NCBI GenBank assembly: GCA_950097015.1
Contig: CATNEN010000001.1
Span: forward strand, 23,684,001-23,748,000
DNA: 64,000 bases
Direction: 5' to 3'
From: Macrostomum hystrix
Taxonomy: Eukaryota > Animalia > Platyhelminthes
Shown: in pieces, positions 22,730-36,200 of the stretch
Numbering within the stretch: position 1 is the first letter of the stretch
Layout of the letters: each line of letters starts with the position of its first letter
Notes under the pieces: generated by a model
Told to the model about the DNA's origin: nothing
Databases searched by the model: none
The model's input: only the letters and a program-made list of their open reading frames with translations
Program-made: the position numbers and the translations under genes

Positions 22730-24585
22730 GATCTTGGAATTGGGATCTTGGAATTGGGGATCTTGGAATTGTGGATCTTGGAATTGGGGATCTTGGAATT
22801 GGGGATCTTGGAATTGGGGATCTTGGAATTGGGGATCTTGGAACTAGAGATCTTGTAAATGGTATCTTGGAATTGGGGATCTTGGAATTGGGGATCTTGG
22901 AATTGGGGATCTTGGAATTGGGGATCTTGGAATTGGGGATCTTGGAATTGGGGATCTTGGAATTGGGGATCTTGGAATTGAGGATCTTGGAACTAGAGAT
23001 CTTGTAAATGGTATCTTGGAATTGGTGATCTTGGAATTGGGGATCTTGGAATTGGGGATCTTGAAATTGGGGATCTTGGAATTGGGGATCTTGGAATTGG
23101 GGATCTTGGAATTGGGGATCTTGGAATTGGGGATCTTGGAATTGCGGATCTTAGAATTGGGGATCTTGGAATTGGGGATCTTGGAATTGGGGATCTTGGA
23201 ATTGTGGATCTTGGAATTGGGGATCTTGGAATTGGGGATCTTGGAATTGGGGATCTTGGAATTGGGGATCTTGGAATTGAGGATCTTGGAACTAGAGATC
23301 TTGTAAATGGTATCTTGGAATTGGGGATCTTGGAATTGGGGATCTTGGAATTGGGGATCTTGAAATTGGGGATCTTGGAATTGGGGATCTTGGAATTGGG
23401 GATCTTGGAACTAGAGATCTTGTAAATGGTATCTTGGAATTGGGGATCTTGGAATTGGGGATCTTGGAATTGGGGATCTTGAAATTGGGGATCTTGGAAT
23501 TGGGGATCTTGGAATTGGGGATCTTGGAACTAGAGATCTTGTAAATGGTATCTTGGAATTGGGGATCTTGGAATTGGGGATCTTGGAATTGGGGATCTTG
23601 AAATTGGGGATCTTGAAATTGGGGATCTTGGAATTGGGGATCTTGGAACTAGAGATCTTGTAAATGGTATCTTGGAATTGAGGATCTTGGAATTGGGGAT
23701 CTTGGAACTAGAGATCTTGTAAATGGTATCTTGGAATTGGGGATCTTGGAATTGGGGATCTTGGAATTGGGGATCTTGGAATTGAGGATCTTGGAACTAG
23801 AGATCTTGTAAATGGTAATGGTATCTTGGAATTGGGGATCTTGGAATTGGGGATCTTGGAATTGGGGATCTTGAAATTGGGGATCTTGGAATTGGGGATC
23901 TTGGAATTGGGGATCTTGGAATTGGGGATCTTAGAATTGGGGATCTTGGAATTGGGGATCTTGGAATTGGGGATCTTGGAAATGGGGATCTTGGAATTGG
24001 GGATCTTGGAATTGGGGATCTTGGAATTGGGGATCTTGGAATTGGGGATCTTGGAACTGGGGATCTTGGAATTGGGGATCTTGGAATTGAGGATCTTGGA
24101 ACTAGAGATCTTGTAAATGGTATCTTGGAATTGGGGATCTTGGAATTGGGGATCTTGGAATTGGGGATCTTGAAATTGGGGATCATGGAATTGGGGATCT
24201 TGGAATTGGGGATCTTGGAACTAGAGATCTTGTAAATGGTATCTTGGAATTGGGGATCTAGGAATTGGGGATCTTGGAATTGGGGATCTTGGAATTGGGG
24301 ATCTTGGAATTGGGGATCTTGGAATTGGGGATCTTGGAATTGGGGATCTTGGAATTGGGGATCTTGGAATTGGGATCTTGGAATTGGGGATCTTGGAATT
24401 GGGGATCTTGGAATTGGGGATCTTGGAATTGGGGATCTTGGAATTGGGGATCTTGGAATTGGGGATCTTGGAATTAGGGATCTTGGAACTAGAGATCTTG
24501 TAAATGGTATCTTGGAATTGAGGATCTTGGAATTGGGGATCTTGGAACTGGGGATCTTGGAATTGGGGATCTTGGAATTGGGATT
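22730..24585. repeat. 15-bp intronic minisatellite (ggggatcttggaatt)n with a recurring higher-order variant block
   Basis: Direct tandem units; periodic 'ctagagatcttgtaaatggtatctt' variant. Confidence 0.97.
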
Positions 24586-24680
24586 TTAAATTTGGAGACA
24601 CTTGAATAGGGGATCTGGGAATTGGTGATCTTAGGGTTGGTTTCTGTGAAGATGTAAGACACGCAAATTCCATTCTTTAG

Positions 24681-24985
24681 TCCACGGCAACAAGACAGCT
24701 GCCGTCATCAGCTCTGAGTTGCCTCCAAAGTCTCCGCTGCCGCAGCTGAAGGACTACTTGAATCCACGAGTTGGCAACAAATGCTACGCCACAGACAATG
24801 ACTACGAAAGAGAGCGACTCTCGGGTGTCAAGCTTGTGCACCAGCCAGGCAACGCCAAGGAGCTGCTGCTGCAGAATTACAACCGGTACACACTGCAGCT
24901 GACTGAGCAAGTTCCTGACTCGCCAGGAGATGGCCGACCAAAGCGGGGAATGAGAAAATGGATCGGCCTTCCGGTGGCTCAGGAC
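24681..24985 (+). CDS. HEATR4: HEATR4-like exon 4
   Basis: ctttag|tc ... gac|gtgagt; phase-consistent. Confidence 0.8.
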
Positions 24986-25035
24986 GTGAGTTTTTTGTGC
25001 TGCCTAAGCTCACTACTGCCAGTAGTCTGGGAGTG

Positions 25036-25105
25036 CATTTTAGCCCAGTGGTAAGAGCTTCAGATTTCTGACCACGAGGTCTGGAGTTCGATTCTCGGCG
25101 AAAAG
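25036..25105 (+). mobile_element. tRNA-derived SINE head or tRNA pseudogene
   Basis: A-box-like tagcccagtgg and B-box gagttcgattc; no acceptor stem; similar B-box at ~62220. Confidence 0.55.
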
Positions 25106-25737
25106 AAAAAATTATCATTGTTTCTTTTTTTGTAGTTCCATGCAGTCGCACATGATTATATTGCGCAGTTTATTTGCACGACCATTTTCCAAGCTGTGTC
25201 GAACGCTCTAACGATCCTTCGTACTCATAAATTACTTGCAGTAGTGTAGTAGTCTTTTTTACCGCTGCGCTGTAGATGATAACAAATAAGCAAAGCAGTT
25301 TGCTCTGACGTTTGTTGCCGCCACATTCTTTGTAGATTTCGATGCACTTTTAAATCTTTCTTTCATGCAGGCTACTCAAATTGAGGGTTCGAGAGGAAAG
25401 GTGAATCGTTTGTGTACCGCAATTAATTAATAATGATTCTCATCTTTAAAAAAACATTGCGTTTATTGGAATCTTAAAAGATGTTTCTGAAATTTGGGCT
25501 TGTAAATGCTTCCGGTAAATCAGCAAAACAATGTGCTCAGTTAGTTTTTATGTGTTCTCATCAAACTTCTGTGTTCTGTGATTTGTGTTCTCATTCTCTA
25601 ATTAATTGAGAAACAGGTAAACTAACATTGATTGTGTGTCATGCAACCATGTGTGCCGTGCCACGAAACACTCTTTGCAAAGCTTTTTTAATGCACCTTT
25701 TTTGTAGCAGAGGTTATCATAGTTCACTACTACCATT

Positions 25738-26050
25738 CAGCCGCTGATCCTACAGTTGTCACTTTCCCCTCAGCCACTGATCCTACAGTTGTCACCTACC
25801 CCTCAGCCACTGATCCTACAGTTGTCACCTACCCCTCAGCCACTGATCCTACAGTTGTCACCTACCCCTCAGCCACTGATCCTACAGTTGTCACCTACCC
25901 CTCAGCCACTGATCCTACAGTTGTCACCTACCCCTCAGCCACTGATCCTACAGTTGTCACCTACCCCTCAGCCACTGATCCTTCAGTCGTCAGCTACCCT
26001 TCAGCCCCTGTTCCTTCAGTTGTCAGCTACCCCTCAGCCCCTGATCCTTC
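25738..26050. repeat. 33-bp minisatellite (cctcagccactgatcctacagttgtcacctacc)n
   Basis: Direct tandem units. Confidence 0.95.
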
Positions 26051-26178
26051 AGAATGTTGATTTAATCAATAATCGAGTAAGCATAACACACCACTGAAAG
26101 GCTATTCATGGTAAACAAGTGTTTGAGTACAGCTGAGTATATTTGAGTACATTGAGTACTAAACTGAAATTGTTGCAG

Positions 26179-26287
26179 CCAACCCAGCACCTGAACAAGC
26201 TGGCAAGCGATGAAGACTACGAAGAGCAGCGAAGACGCTTGGAGAGCAGCAAGCGGAAAAGAAATGACGAGCACCTGAACAATGTTG
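26179..26287 (+). CDS. HEATR4: HEATR4-like exon 5 (not in the ORF track)
   Basis: ttgcag|cca ... g|gtgagt; 109 nt supplies exactly the phase 0 to 1 shift needed; PTQHLNKLASDEDYEEQRRRLESSKRKRNDEHLNNV. Confidence 0.8.
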
Positions 26288-27024
26288 GTGAGTGTTTTTA
26301 CAAAGCGTAACTATATTTTTTTCTACTTAGAGTAGACGAATACGTGTTTTTAAACTAAATAAGTCAAATGAGATTTTCCCCATAAGATAGCCACAATTTG
26401 CCAGCTAAGGTATTAACGCTTTTCAGAGGAAGACGAACAAAGACCACAGACACCTCCTGGAATCTGTGAGGATATTTTTTAAGTAGCCACCTTGATCCTT
26501 TTATTTATAATCCCTAAATTCTGTGTAGCCAGCTTTATATTTATACCGTTAGTTAAAAAAACAAGTTCTTGCTTCTCATTGCATAAGCATCGCTTTCTTG
26601 TTACTCAACCGATATAGTTCTGATTAGAATTAGCGAAAGTTTGATCAGGCATTTCCGTTTTCTAGACAAAGCGTGCTGCCATTGCTTGTTTCTGCTTGCA
26701 AATAAAGTATGTTACAATAAAGCGTGCTTTTTACCTACGAGCATACGGTTTTAAGCACTTTAATTTAGTCCATTTAAAATATGGCACACGGCATGCGCAA
26801 AATGTCCTACTTATGTCAGTAGTAAAAACACGAATTTGCACTTTTATTCAAACAAATTTCGTTCGATTAGGCTAATGGAGACTAAAAATGCTGATTAGAT
26901 ACATAGCATGGATTTGTACTTAAAGTTTTATTCCTTTTTTAGTCTAGAAGCATCAGAACAATATTGTTAACAGTTTAAACGAACAGTTTAAACTTAGAAG
27001 AGTCAATATGAACTAAAATTAGGT

Positions 27025-27043
27025 CTTACCATGGACCTCAGTG
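27025..27043 (+). promoter_or_regulatory. candidate snRNA proximal sequence element (PSE)
   Basis: cttaccatggacctcagt about 40-57 nt upstream of U5; resembles metazoan PSE YTACC/TCACC starts. Confidence 0.4.
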
Positions 27044-27081
27044 CTAATATTTATCTAATGCAAGAGTAAAGAATCAACTTT

Positions 27082-27198
27082 AACTCTGGTTTCTCTTCAT
27101 TCCACGCTTAAATCTTTCGCCTTTTACTAAAGATTTCCGTGGAGAGGAACATTCATTGAGTGTTCCCGGATTTGTGAAACCTTCCAAGAAGGGGGTAC
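27082..27198 (+). ncRNA. U5: U5 spliceosomal snRNA
   Basis: ACTCTGGTTTCTCTTCA...AAATCTTTC-GCCTTTTAC-TAAAGATTT-CCGTGGAGAGGAAC: invariant loop 1 and stem I. Followed by Sm-like ATTTGTG and a 3' hairpin. Confidence 0.93.
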
Positions 27199-27656
27199 AA
27201 AGAAAGTGCAAAAAATAAAAGAACATTTACATATCCTTGAAGATGATACATTTCATCTGCCCGCCATTATATCAGGCTAAACTAGGTTGTAACGCGTGTA
27301 ATACTCAAAGTATAATTTGCAACTTCCACATTCGCAAAATCCATTTCAAGCATACTGTAACCAGCCTTAATAACCAATAACGAACAAACTTATCTAACTA
27401 CCATTGTGCCATGTATTACAAATTACTTTTTTGTAGATACAGGTAGTTTTGCAGGTTGAAGAAAATGGTTTGGTTTTATATGATCTGTTGAAACTGCTTT
27501 AAAATTTGGTTCAATTAAAATGTGTTCTTGCAATCCGACCTAGTTTATTCTCGTGAATTCCCCTTGATTTTACTCTTCCTTGCATTTTCAAACAAGCCTA
27601 CTAATAGTAGAGTATTTGACACACAGCAAGCGGCTTTTGTCTAATTAACAATGCAG

Positions 27657-27916
27657 TGGACGAATGGCGTCGAAAATGGCACCTGAACAGCCGCTATGGC
27701 GACTGCACTGTCGAGGACCTGCTCCGCGACATGTCCGACGTTCATCCGACCATCCGGCTGCAGGCTGTGCTCACCTGTGCTCACGCCCAGCGCTACGTGA
27801 CAGCGGCGGATGACGCCATTCACTTCGACGAGTCAGAGGACTCGGCAGCCGCCCGTCAGCTGCCTGACTCGCTGCTCGCTGGCTTGGAGCTGCTGCTGGA
27901 GGATCAGCACGCGCAG
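27657..27916 (+). CDS. HEATR4: HEATR4-like exon 6
   Basis: tgcag|tg ... cag|gtgagt; DEWRRKWHL and start of the HEAT repeats. Confidence 0.85.
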
Positions 27917-28003
27917 GTGAGTTTTGTGGAGCTTCATTGGACATCATTGCGTATTTTTACGAAACTGTCGCGCAGTTGCCACTTGAATCCCCTACCTACA
28001 CAG

Positions 28004-28408
28004 GTGCGACACGCGGCTGCTATCTGCCTGTACCAGACTAACAAGCCGTCACCGCCAGCGGAGGCCCTCCTTCGTGTCTGCCTCACCGAAGGCAGCGGCG
28101 ACGACCGCTGGGCGGCCGTTCAGTGCCTCGCCGGTCAGGGCGCCTGCGACAGTGACGTCATTAGGGCTCTTGTAAACGAGCTTATGACCAATGAGGACAC
28201 ATTGAGGCATCACGTGACCACCCAGCTGCTGGCCAGCCTCAGCAGGCACACCCCACTGGTGCACGGCCTGCTGGCGGAACAGCTTAACAGTCCGAGCTGG
28301 CGCAGGCGCGTCATCGTCTGCAAGACGCTGCCAGCATTGAACGGCTCGCTGAATCGAGACTTGACGCAGAAGCTGAGCCACCTCATGTGGAACGATTCGC
28401 ACAAGGCG
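28004..28408 (+). CDS. HEATR4: HEATR4-like exon 7
   Basis: acacag|gtg ... gcg|gtgagt; HEAT repeats (VRHAAAICL, RWAAVQCL). Confidence 0.87.
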
Positions 28409-28420
28409 GTGAGTCTCTGG

Positions 28421-28976
28421 ATGAACCATCAGACACATCCCATGAACCATCAGACACATCCCATGAACCATCAGACCCATCCCATGAACCATCAGACACA
28501 TCCCATGAAACATCAGACACATCCCATGAACCATCAAGCACATCCCATGAACCATCAGACACATCCCATGAACCATCAGACACATCCCATGAACCATCAG
28601 ACACATCCCATGAACCAGTAGACACATTCCATGAACCAGTAGACACATCCCATGAACCAGTAGACACATCCCATGAACCAGTAGACACATCCCATGAACC
28701 ATCAAACACATCCCATGAACTAGTAGACACATCCCATAAACCATCAAACACATCCCATGAACCAGTAGACACATCCCATGAACCATCAGACACATCCCAT
28801 GAACCATCAGACACATCCCTTGAACCATCAGACACATCCCATGAACCATCAAACACATCCCATGAACCAGTAGCTCGTAGACACATCCCATGAACCATCA
28901 GACACATCCCATGAACCATCAGACACATCCCATGAACCATCAGACACATCCCATGAACCATCAGACACATCCCATG
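28421..28976. repeat. 21-bp intronic minisatellite (atgaaccatcagacacatccc)n
   Basis: Fills intron 28409-28988 almost from donor to acceptor. Confidence 0.96.
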
Positions 28977-28988
28977 ACTCATACTCAG

Positions 28989-30016
28989 GTCCGTCGGTCT
29001 GCTGCCAAAGCCCTAGGCCAAACAGGCCACGGCAAAGACGTCCATGATGACATCCTTCGCAGACTGCGCGAATCCGGCGAACGAGTGCGCGCCGACGCTG
29101 TCGAAAAGCTGGGCCTACTCGGCGTCATGACTGGACGGCTGATGCCGGCCTTTCTGGCCTGTTTCGACGACCCGTACGCCTCCGTGCGCATCGCTGCCTG
29201 CGTCGCCTGCAGCCGGTTGCGCATTCGCGACGAGCAGTGCATCCGCGGCCTGCTCCGGCTGGCCGCTCACGATCCCTGGTGGAAGGTGAAGGCGCGCGCC
29301 GTGCAGGCCATCGGCATGATCGGCTTAGTCAGCGTCGAGGTGGCCGACACTTTGCTCTGGGCGGCGCGCTTCGAGCCGGAAGAGCGAGTTCGAGCTACGG
29401 CGGTGCGCACAGCCGCCCAGCAGCTGCGCATGCGAGACGAGCGGACGAAGCAGGCTCTGTGCGAGCGGCTCCTCGTAGAGAAGTCGCCCCTTGTGCTGGA
29501 CCAGCTGAAGGCCGCTCTGCAGGCCATGGGTCTGTCGCCAAACACGGACGTGGACACCGTGGCGCAGATTAAAGAGGCCGTTCGCCGGCTAGACGACAAG
29601 GGCCGCATCTGTCGCGAAGTGATGGAAGCCGAACGGGCTGAGGAGTTTGCCGACCTGCACCAGCGCATGATTTCACAGACGCCGCCGCCTCTGCCGCCGA
29701 TACCGCAGACGCCGCCGCCACCAATGTCGCAGGAGTCAGCGCCACTGTCTGGCACGGTGCAGTTTCGTCAGGAAGAGTTTGCTGAAGATCACGACGAAGA
29801 TGAAGAGGAGGAAAGCGACTATGAAGAGGAAGAGGAGGAAGAAGATTATGAAGAGGAAGAGGAAGAGGATGTCGATTTGGATCGGGAAGAGGGCCGCCTG
29901 TCGCTGATCCCGGAGGACTCAGAGGCGGCTGACTTTGCCTCCCGACCGGCCACCTCGCAGGTGACCTCCAAGTCGAAGAGATCCTCGCTGTTGGCCACTC
30001 CGACAGCTACACCTGG
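28989..30016 (+). CDS. HEATR4: HEATR4-like exon 8 (HEAT repeats, Pro-rich and acidic tracts)
   Basis: ctcag|gtc ... gg|gtgagt; VRRSAAKALG, VRADAVEKLG, DPYASVRIAAC, DPWWKVKARAVQAIG. Confidence 0.88.
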
Positions 30017-30543
30017 GTGAGTTCGCGTTGACAAATGAGCCGACTGTGTCTGTGGACAAAGAGTCAGTCTTTTTTGAGGGAGGGTATAAAAACATTCGAG
30101 CCGGAGTAAAAAGTCGAAGAGAGGTGAATGGCAGTAAAGCAACTCCTTTAACTATCGATCCAATGGCCATGAGCATTTATCATACATTATACGAGCCGTA
30201 GCACTAATGAACTAGTCTTCCGCTTTCATAGAATTTCATTGGATAATAAAATACTCACTATTTTGCTTTGACCGCAGCGTTTGGACCATAGACATGGCTA
30301 GGGTCCTAGTGGTCATTCACGTCTGTTCATTTGATTTAGATTAAGGCCATAGACAAAACGTCCTTCGCATCCTCGGAAACAGATCTGGGAGACTGCCATC
30401 GTGTGCCAAGAAATCAATAGCTTGGTTTTACAGGTCATTAGTGCCTTTGCCTAGGGGTGGGCATTGCATTATTGAAGCACGGGAGGTGTACACACCTTGC
30501 TGAATTGAGTGAGAGTATGTTTAATTACGCAACGCAGTCGCAG

Positions 30544-30885
30544 ACATTCGCCTGCGGGCTCCGATACCGGCCGCGGCCTGACGCTGCGAGACGAGATCGA
30601 GCAGAGCGGCCGGCGGCACCGCTCCGCCTCCGCCGACGATGAGGCGGCCCGGTCGGTGCGTTCGAAGCTGTCGGCGCCAGACGAGGTACGGCAGGACCGA
30701 CCGGCGCGCTGGGCCGGCCAGGAGATTGGAGAGCGGCGCGCCGTTGAGCTGGAGGCCTTCCTGCCGCCTGAGAGGCGCTCCGAGATTGCTCGAGTGGCCG
30801 CTGTGCAGGTGAATTGGATTCGTGATTTGCAAGCCTACTCGAGGAATCGAATAGTGGAAGGATTTGAGAATGCGAGTTCTGTGAG
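30544..30885 (+). CDS. HEATR4: HEATR4-like exon 9
   Basis: cgcag|a ... ag|gtaggg; phase-consistent. Confidence 0.72.
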
Positions 30886-31172
30886 GTAGGGAGGAAGGGA
30901 GAAGGAAGGGAGGGAAAGAAGAAGGAAGGGAGGGAAAGAAGAAGGAAGGGAGCGAAAGAAGAAGGATGGGGGGAAGAAGAAGGATGGGAGCGAGAGAAGG
31001 TAGAATGAAGGAATTTAAGTGAGAATGGATGGATGTAAGGGAGAAGGAAGGGAGAGAAAGTGAGAGACAGTGAAAATGGTGCAGGACTGTGAAATAGAAC
31101 TGATGGTACGAGTAAGCGTGACTCAGAGGTCTCAAGAAGACGACAATGTGGATAAAAGTGACCATTCTACAG

Positions 31173-31329
31173 ACATCTTCCGCCTCCCTTCCGAAACGCG
31201 CTTCAGGGCTTGGACTTCTCCGGTGAGGAGGCCCAGCTGAGCTATCGTGAGTCCAGCGACTTGGTTCACTCCGTGGCCACCGCCCTGGTCAGTCTGGTCA
31301 TGGACGAGGCGGTGGAGCAGCTGGCCTAG
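31173..31329 (+). CDS. HEATR4: HEATR4-like terminal exon 10
   Basis: ctacag|a; HLPPPFRNALQGLDF...MDEAVEQLA* with TAG at 31327. Confidence 0.72.
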
Positions 31330-32823
31330 GCGAATCCGATTTGCACCTTTAAGGAATCAAACTTAACGTTGTTGTGATAAGACCGGATTTTTCATGACCT
31401 TGGCTTGTTTTATGTTTTTGTTTTGCCTTCTCTGCGCCTGAGTATTTTTTGCCTGTTTTTTTAATGAAAAGTACAATTAATATTATTCCAGGCTTCGTTT
31501 CTCTTCACACCATTTATTTTATGGTCTCTTGTTGGCCTGCATGTGTACATTCAGGGGTAGGAAAAGTCACGTGACAATACGCTCGTAGATTCTAGTGTAC
31601 ATTGTGAAATTCGTAAGACGTACATCAGCTGTACGTGTGCGTTACATAGAATATGTTTTTCCACAATAACAAAAGATACCTTTTTTATATCTTCATAGCC
31701 TTGAGAACTAGATATTATTTTTCAATAACTTTCGGATTATATTTGTTTTGTCTTCTTTTGTTCTCTATTGGAATCGCGTTTTAACGATTTTTAGAAGTTT
31801 TTAGCTGTCGGATGCTATACATTTTCTACCAGTTTATTAGCTGTTGTGAAGATTTTTGTTAGAATTTGTCGATTTTTTTAGAGTTTCAAATCAGAAATTT
31901 CCTTGTCAATGAAAGTAAATAAATCGATCTGGACCTCGTTAGAGAGACTCTTAATCGATATTTGATTTGTTTGTTTAAGCAGGTTAAAAAGTTTGAATAA
32001 AATTCAATTGCACACTCGGTATGAATTAGAGGGCTCCCGTTTATGGGGAGCAATTCATAGAAATAGCTTTAGTTGGAGAAAGACATGTCTCTATGCAAAT
32101 CCTCATTGCTGATGATTCCCATCTTCAGCGCCTTCACTCCCACTCCCCTTCAAATCTACATGCCCCTGGCCCCTCTCCTCTCTCTTTAAGAACCCCAAAA
32201 CTGGTCATTACGCAACAACGGGAAGGAAGCGTGGAATCCCCTTCCTGTCATCCTCCGTGCAGCACTGCGTGTGGGCCCACGCTAATCCGAAACCATTTTA
32301 CAAGCGGCCTCCCCAAAAACCTGACCTGCAAAGACGTTCCGGGAATGTTTAAAAATTGTTTCCTTCGTTCTGTGCCGAGGTAGATGCGATCTTCGTGTGT
32401 AGTTCAGCAGAGCCTACAAAAATGTTGATTAAGTATGTGAAGAGGCGCACCTAGGCTGATAGATCGCAGTTGGGGGCGAGTCAGCTCTCTAGGTTGTATT
32501 CTCCAAGGCCTGTCGTGACGCTGGTTACATCACCTACGAGTACCTGTTAGACTATAGAGGGCGTGGGATAATTTCTGCGGGCCTCCCATCCCAATAGAAT
32601 TTATTCCCTAGTGCATTCCCCGCGGCGTGTTTTGGCAGATTCTGGAAAGCCAGCTTTTTCTTAGAAATGGAAAATAATTGATCGGTTATCGATAATTCAT
32701 TAGACAAAAGCCAATCAAGCCATCTTGCGTTGGTGAAGCGGTAATTCGGTCGGATCTTGCACAACAGCTCTGAAGGGTCGCGAGTTCGAGTCTGGTACGA
32801 GGCAGCACACAACACAAGAGGCT

Positions 32824-33259
32824 GGTCTTATTGTCCATAGACAAATGGTCTTATTGTCCATAGACAAATGGTCTTATTGTCCATAGACAAATGGTCTTAT
32901 TGTCCATAGACAAATGGTCTTATTGTCCATAGACAAATGGTCTTATTGTCCATAGACAAATGGTCTTATTGTCCATAGACAAATGGTCTTATTGTCCATA
33001 GACAAATGGTCTTATTGTCCATAGACAAATGGTCTTATTGTCCATAGACAAATGGTCTTATTGTCCATAGACAAATGGTCTTATTGTCCATAGACAAATG
33101 GTCTTATTGTCCATAGACAAATGGTATTATTGTCCATAGACAAATGGTCGTATTGTCCATAGACAAATGGTCTTATTGTCCATAGACAAATGGTCTTATT
33201 GTCCATAGACAAATGGTCTTATTGTCCATGGACAAATGGTCTTATTGTCCATAGACAAA
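32824..33259. repeat. 23-bp minisatellite (ggtcttattgtccatagacaaat)n
   Basis: Direct tandem units. Confidence 0.96.
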
Positions 33260-36200
33260 TTCAAAAAAGCCGCAAAGCACAAAAAGTGCTTGCGAAGAAT
33301 GAGTCTTGGCCATAGACACTATAATCTGGAACACAGATTGACGATATGTTTCGAAATACGTGAGAACCGGATAGAGTTGAAAATAACTCAACGAGTAGCT
33401 GGGATAACTTGATACTAAGAACACCGGGTGAGGATTAAGAAAAAAATGCCTAACAGAAGAAGAAAGACGTAGAAAAACATGGTGACAAAGGGTGTGACAA
33501 TCCAAAGGTGAACAAATAAAAAAGCAATATAAAAACTGTCAGACGCGCAGGTTGGTGGTCGCTTTGACACGTGTCTGAGAACGGTTACATCACCTGTCAT
33601 CCCCCATCCGAGGAAACTCCACCTAGAAAATTATCCCGCCCTCCCCGCCTTTTCGTCCTCATGAATTCTTTAAAAGGTCGAGATCCCGAAAAATGTGAAA
33701 GAGAAGAGAGCGCCTTAATGGATGTTAGTCGGCAACTGTGCTCACAGACCAGACAGCCGTCTCAAGCACCCTATGCTCAAACCACAGCTCACCTTGGAAC
33801 CTGGAGATCCACACCTCCACAGAGGGCAAACTTACCACCGCATGACTGCTTTGACAACATTTTTATCGATATTCTCACTGGCGTAGAAGATTTTTATTTG
33901 AGGAATTTAACCCCGAGGTGGGCGGTGACGCAGGTGCCTGTCTGTTTAACCCGCCCATTTCAATTGTCTCAACTTTCCCTATAATTTTAGGAAGTGAAAA
34001 AAGAGAACAATAGTCTCTCGCTGTTCCCCGGTCTCATTGTGTCGCATGCACGCACACATTCGCTTATCTCTCGACAATGCACAAGAGACATTGAATTTGA
34101 GCAGTCTTGCGCATCGTGCTCCACTTTGAGAATCTAAAATATCACTTCGGTTTTTTCAATCCTTGAAATGAAAATTTTCAATTTCAAAATGGCCACTTTT
34201 CCAAACAAAAAACCGATGCTGCTTAACGTGTTTATAATATCTAAGAGTTACCGCTATTTATTTAATATCTACTGAATTCCGTTAGTTTTTAATCTATGCC
34301 GTTAATTTCAGACCAACACAGGTTCGTTAAAAAATTGTTATTGATTTTTTTATTTTCCTGATCTGATAACGAATTTTTTAAATCTCCGTTAATCTCAATT
34401 TACCGAATTCGAATATTAGCTTCTATTTTCAAATTCGTTCTTTCCTTCAGTTTTTACCCATATAATTCCGTTAAAATTATATATATTAGTATTTTAACTT
34501 CCATGATTTCTAAGAAAACACTATAAGCAACATCTCGTTTCACTAACCTAAGAAAGTTGATTAAAAGAAAAATTTGCCGACACGCGAAAAGCTTTGACCG
34601 GATGCCGCCTTTTTGAGTGGGAGAAAATAAAATAGACCAGAGGATTTAGCCGCACAATTAGCGACTAAACTAACGGTCGGATATTACGTGACCTGGGACC
34701 AAGAGTTGAAAGAAAAAGTAGCGCCAGAGGAAGAGAGAAGCCAACTCACAAGTGATATAATGCCGCCTTACTCGCTCAGTATGTTAGCACACCTGGAATA
34801 GCTTCGACAGTTTTAGCACCGGCAGTTGGAGAAAGTGAGAGTGAAATGCGGGAGTGAGGAGTGCTATAATGTGAAGGGATTTCTTTTTCATTCATTCACT
34901 CGCCCCAGCACCAGAAGTGGGAGGCAGAGCGGAAGAAGGCTCGCTTCCCATTCTGTGAGAAGGCGGTCTGAAATTTTCCTTTCACTGTTTCATTGTCCCC
35001 CGCCCGTACTGTGGCGCGGTCAGTTGAAGCTCTCTGGCCTTGGCTTGGCAGCATTTTTTAGCTTCTTAAATAGCAAAAGCCGACAATCAATGTGAGTTTT
35101 GTTACAGTTTGCCAGGAGGGAAAAACTCACGCTGATGAAGCTGGGGAACACAAAGCTTAGTCACTCCTCCTTCGTCCACTCATTTCTGGCAGTCTTGAGA
35201 GCAATTATGAAGTTTTCTGCTCCAAGAAGGGGCCGCACAGGCAAATCCTTCTTCGCATCGTAATCTGATTTCTAGCCCAAACCCCCCCTCGGACCAATTG
35301 AGGATGGAACACAGTTAGCTTCTGCTAGCCTTTGTGTGTACTAGAGTGTGAACATTCATCGATCGGGCATTGCATGAGGTCCTTGGCTTGGTGGTGTCTT
35401 CGAAAAATATTACTTCACTGCGCAGAGATTAATTGAATCTAAATGTAAGTTAGTTTTGCTGGGTGCGGCGTCACCCTCTCCCCGGTCCATGGACTGAACA
35501 GCTAGCTGTACACATGGCCCGATTAAGCTAGATATTATTTCTCTCTATCCATGGCCATACTTCAGTCATGGGATCTGTAGTCTATGGCAAAAACTCATTT
35601 CATTGGTTTTGAAAAAAACTGTAGAATTGTCTATGGCAAAACTGGTAATACGATAGCCTCAATCAATAAATGTGAAAGTGAAGTAATTGAGTTTGACCCT
35701 TCCCGACAGCTATACTCACTTTGAGCGCTGAGCTGTGAGATTGAGTCACCCAGAACTCATCCACAATGCTTTGGTCCAATATAGTGAGCCATCTCAGTCC
35801 GATCGCATTCACAGGAGAGTTCAATATCAGGAAAAAGGTGTGCATTTTACGACTGCTAAAAATCAATGATTTTTATTATTCGTATCCTGAAGTGGCGGCT
35901 GTGCTAAAATTCAGATAAAAAATAATCACCAATCCTGTCCATCAATATACCCCCCTTGACCAGAACCGATTATCTAAAATGGGAGAAAATCCCGAACGGC
36001 CACTCGAACTTGTCGCCTAGAGCCACTTCCCCATCCCTCACAATTGCTGCTCCCAGGCATTGGCACAGGAACAGGGAACGACACCCGATTGCGGTCACGT
36101 TTTTTAATATCCCAATTCGTGGAAACTTTGAGCAGTTCGCAGCTATTTGAGTCATCCACAGCCCAGCTCTGCTTTTGGAGTCACCCGCTATCCAATTATA

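Noticed and set aside
25036-25105. Functional tRNA gene (similar B-boxes at ~32785 and ~62220)
   Set aside because: No acceptor stem or complete cloverleaf; treated as a SINE head or pseudogene
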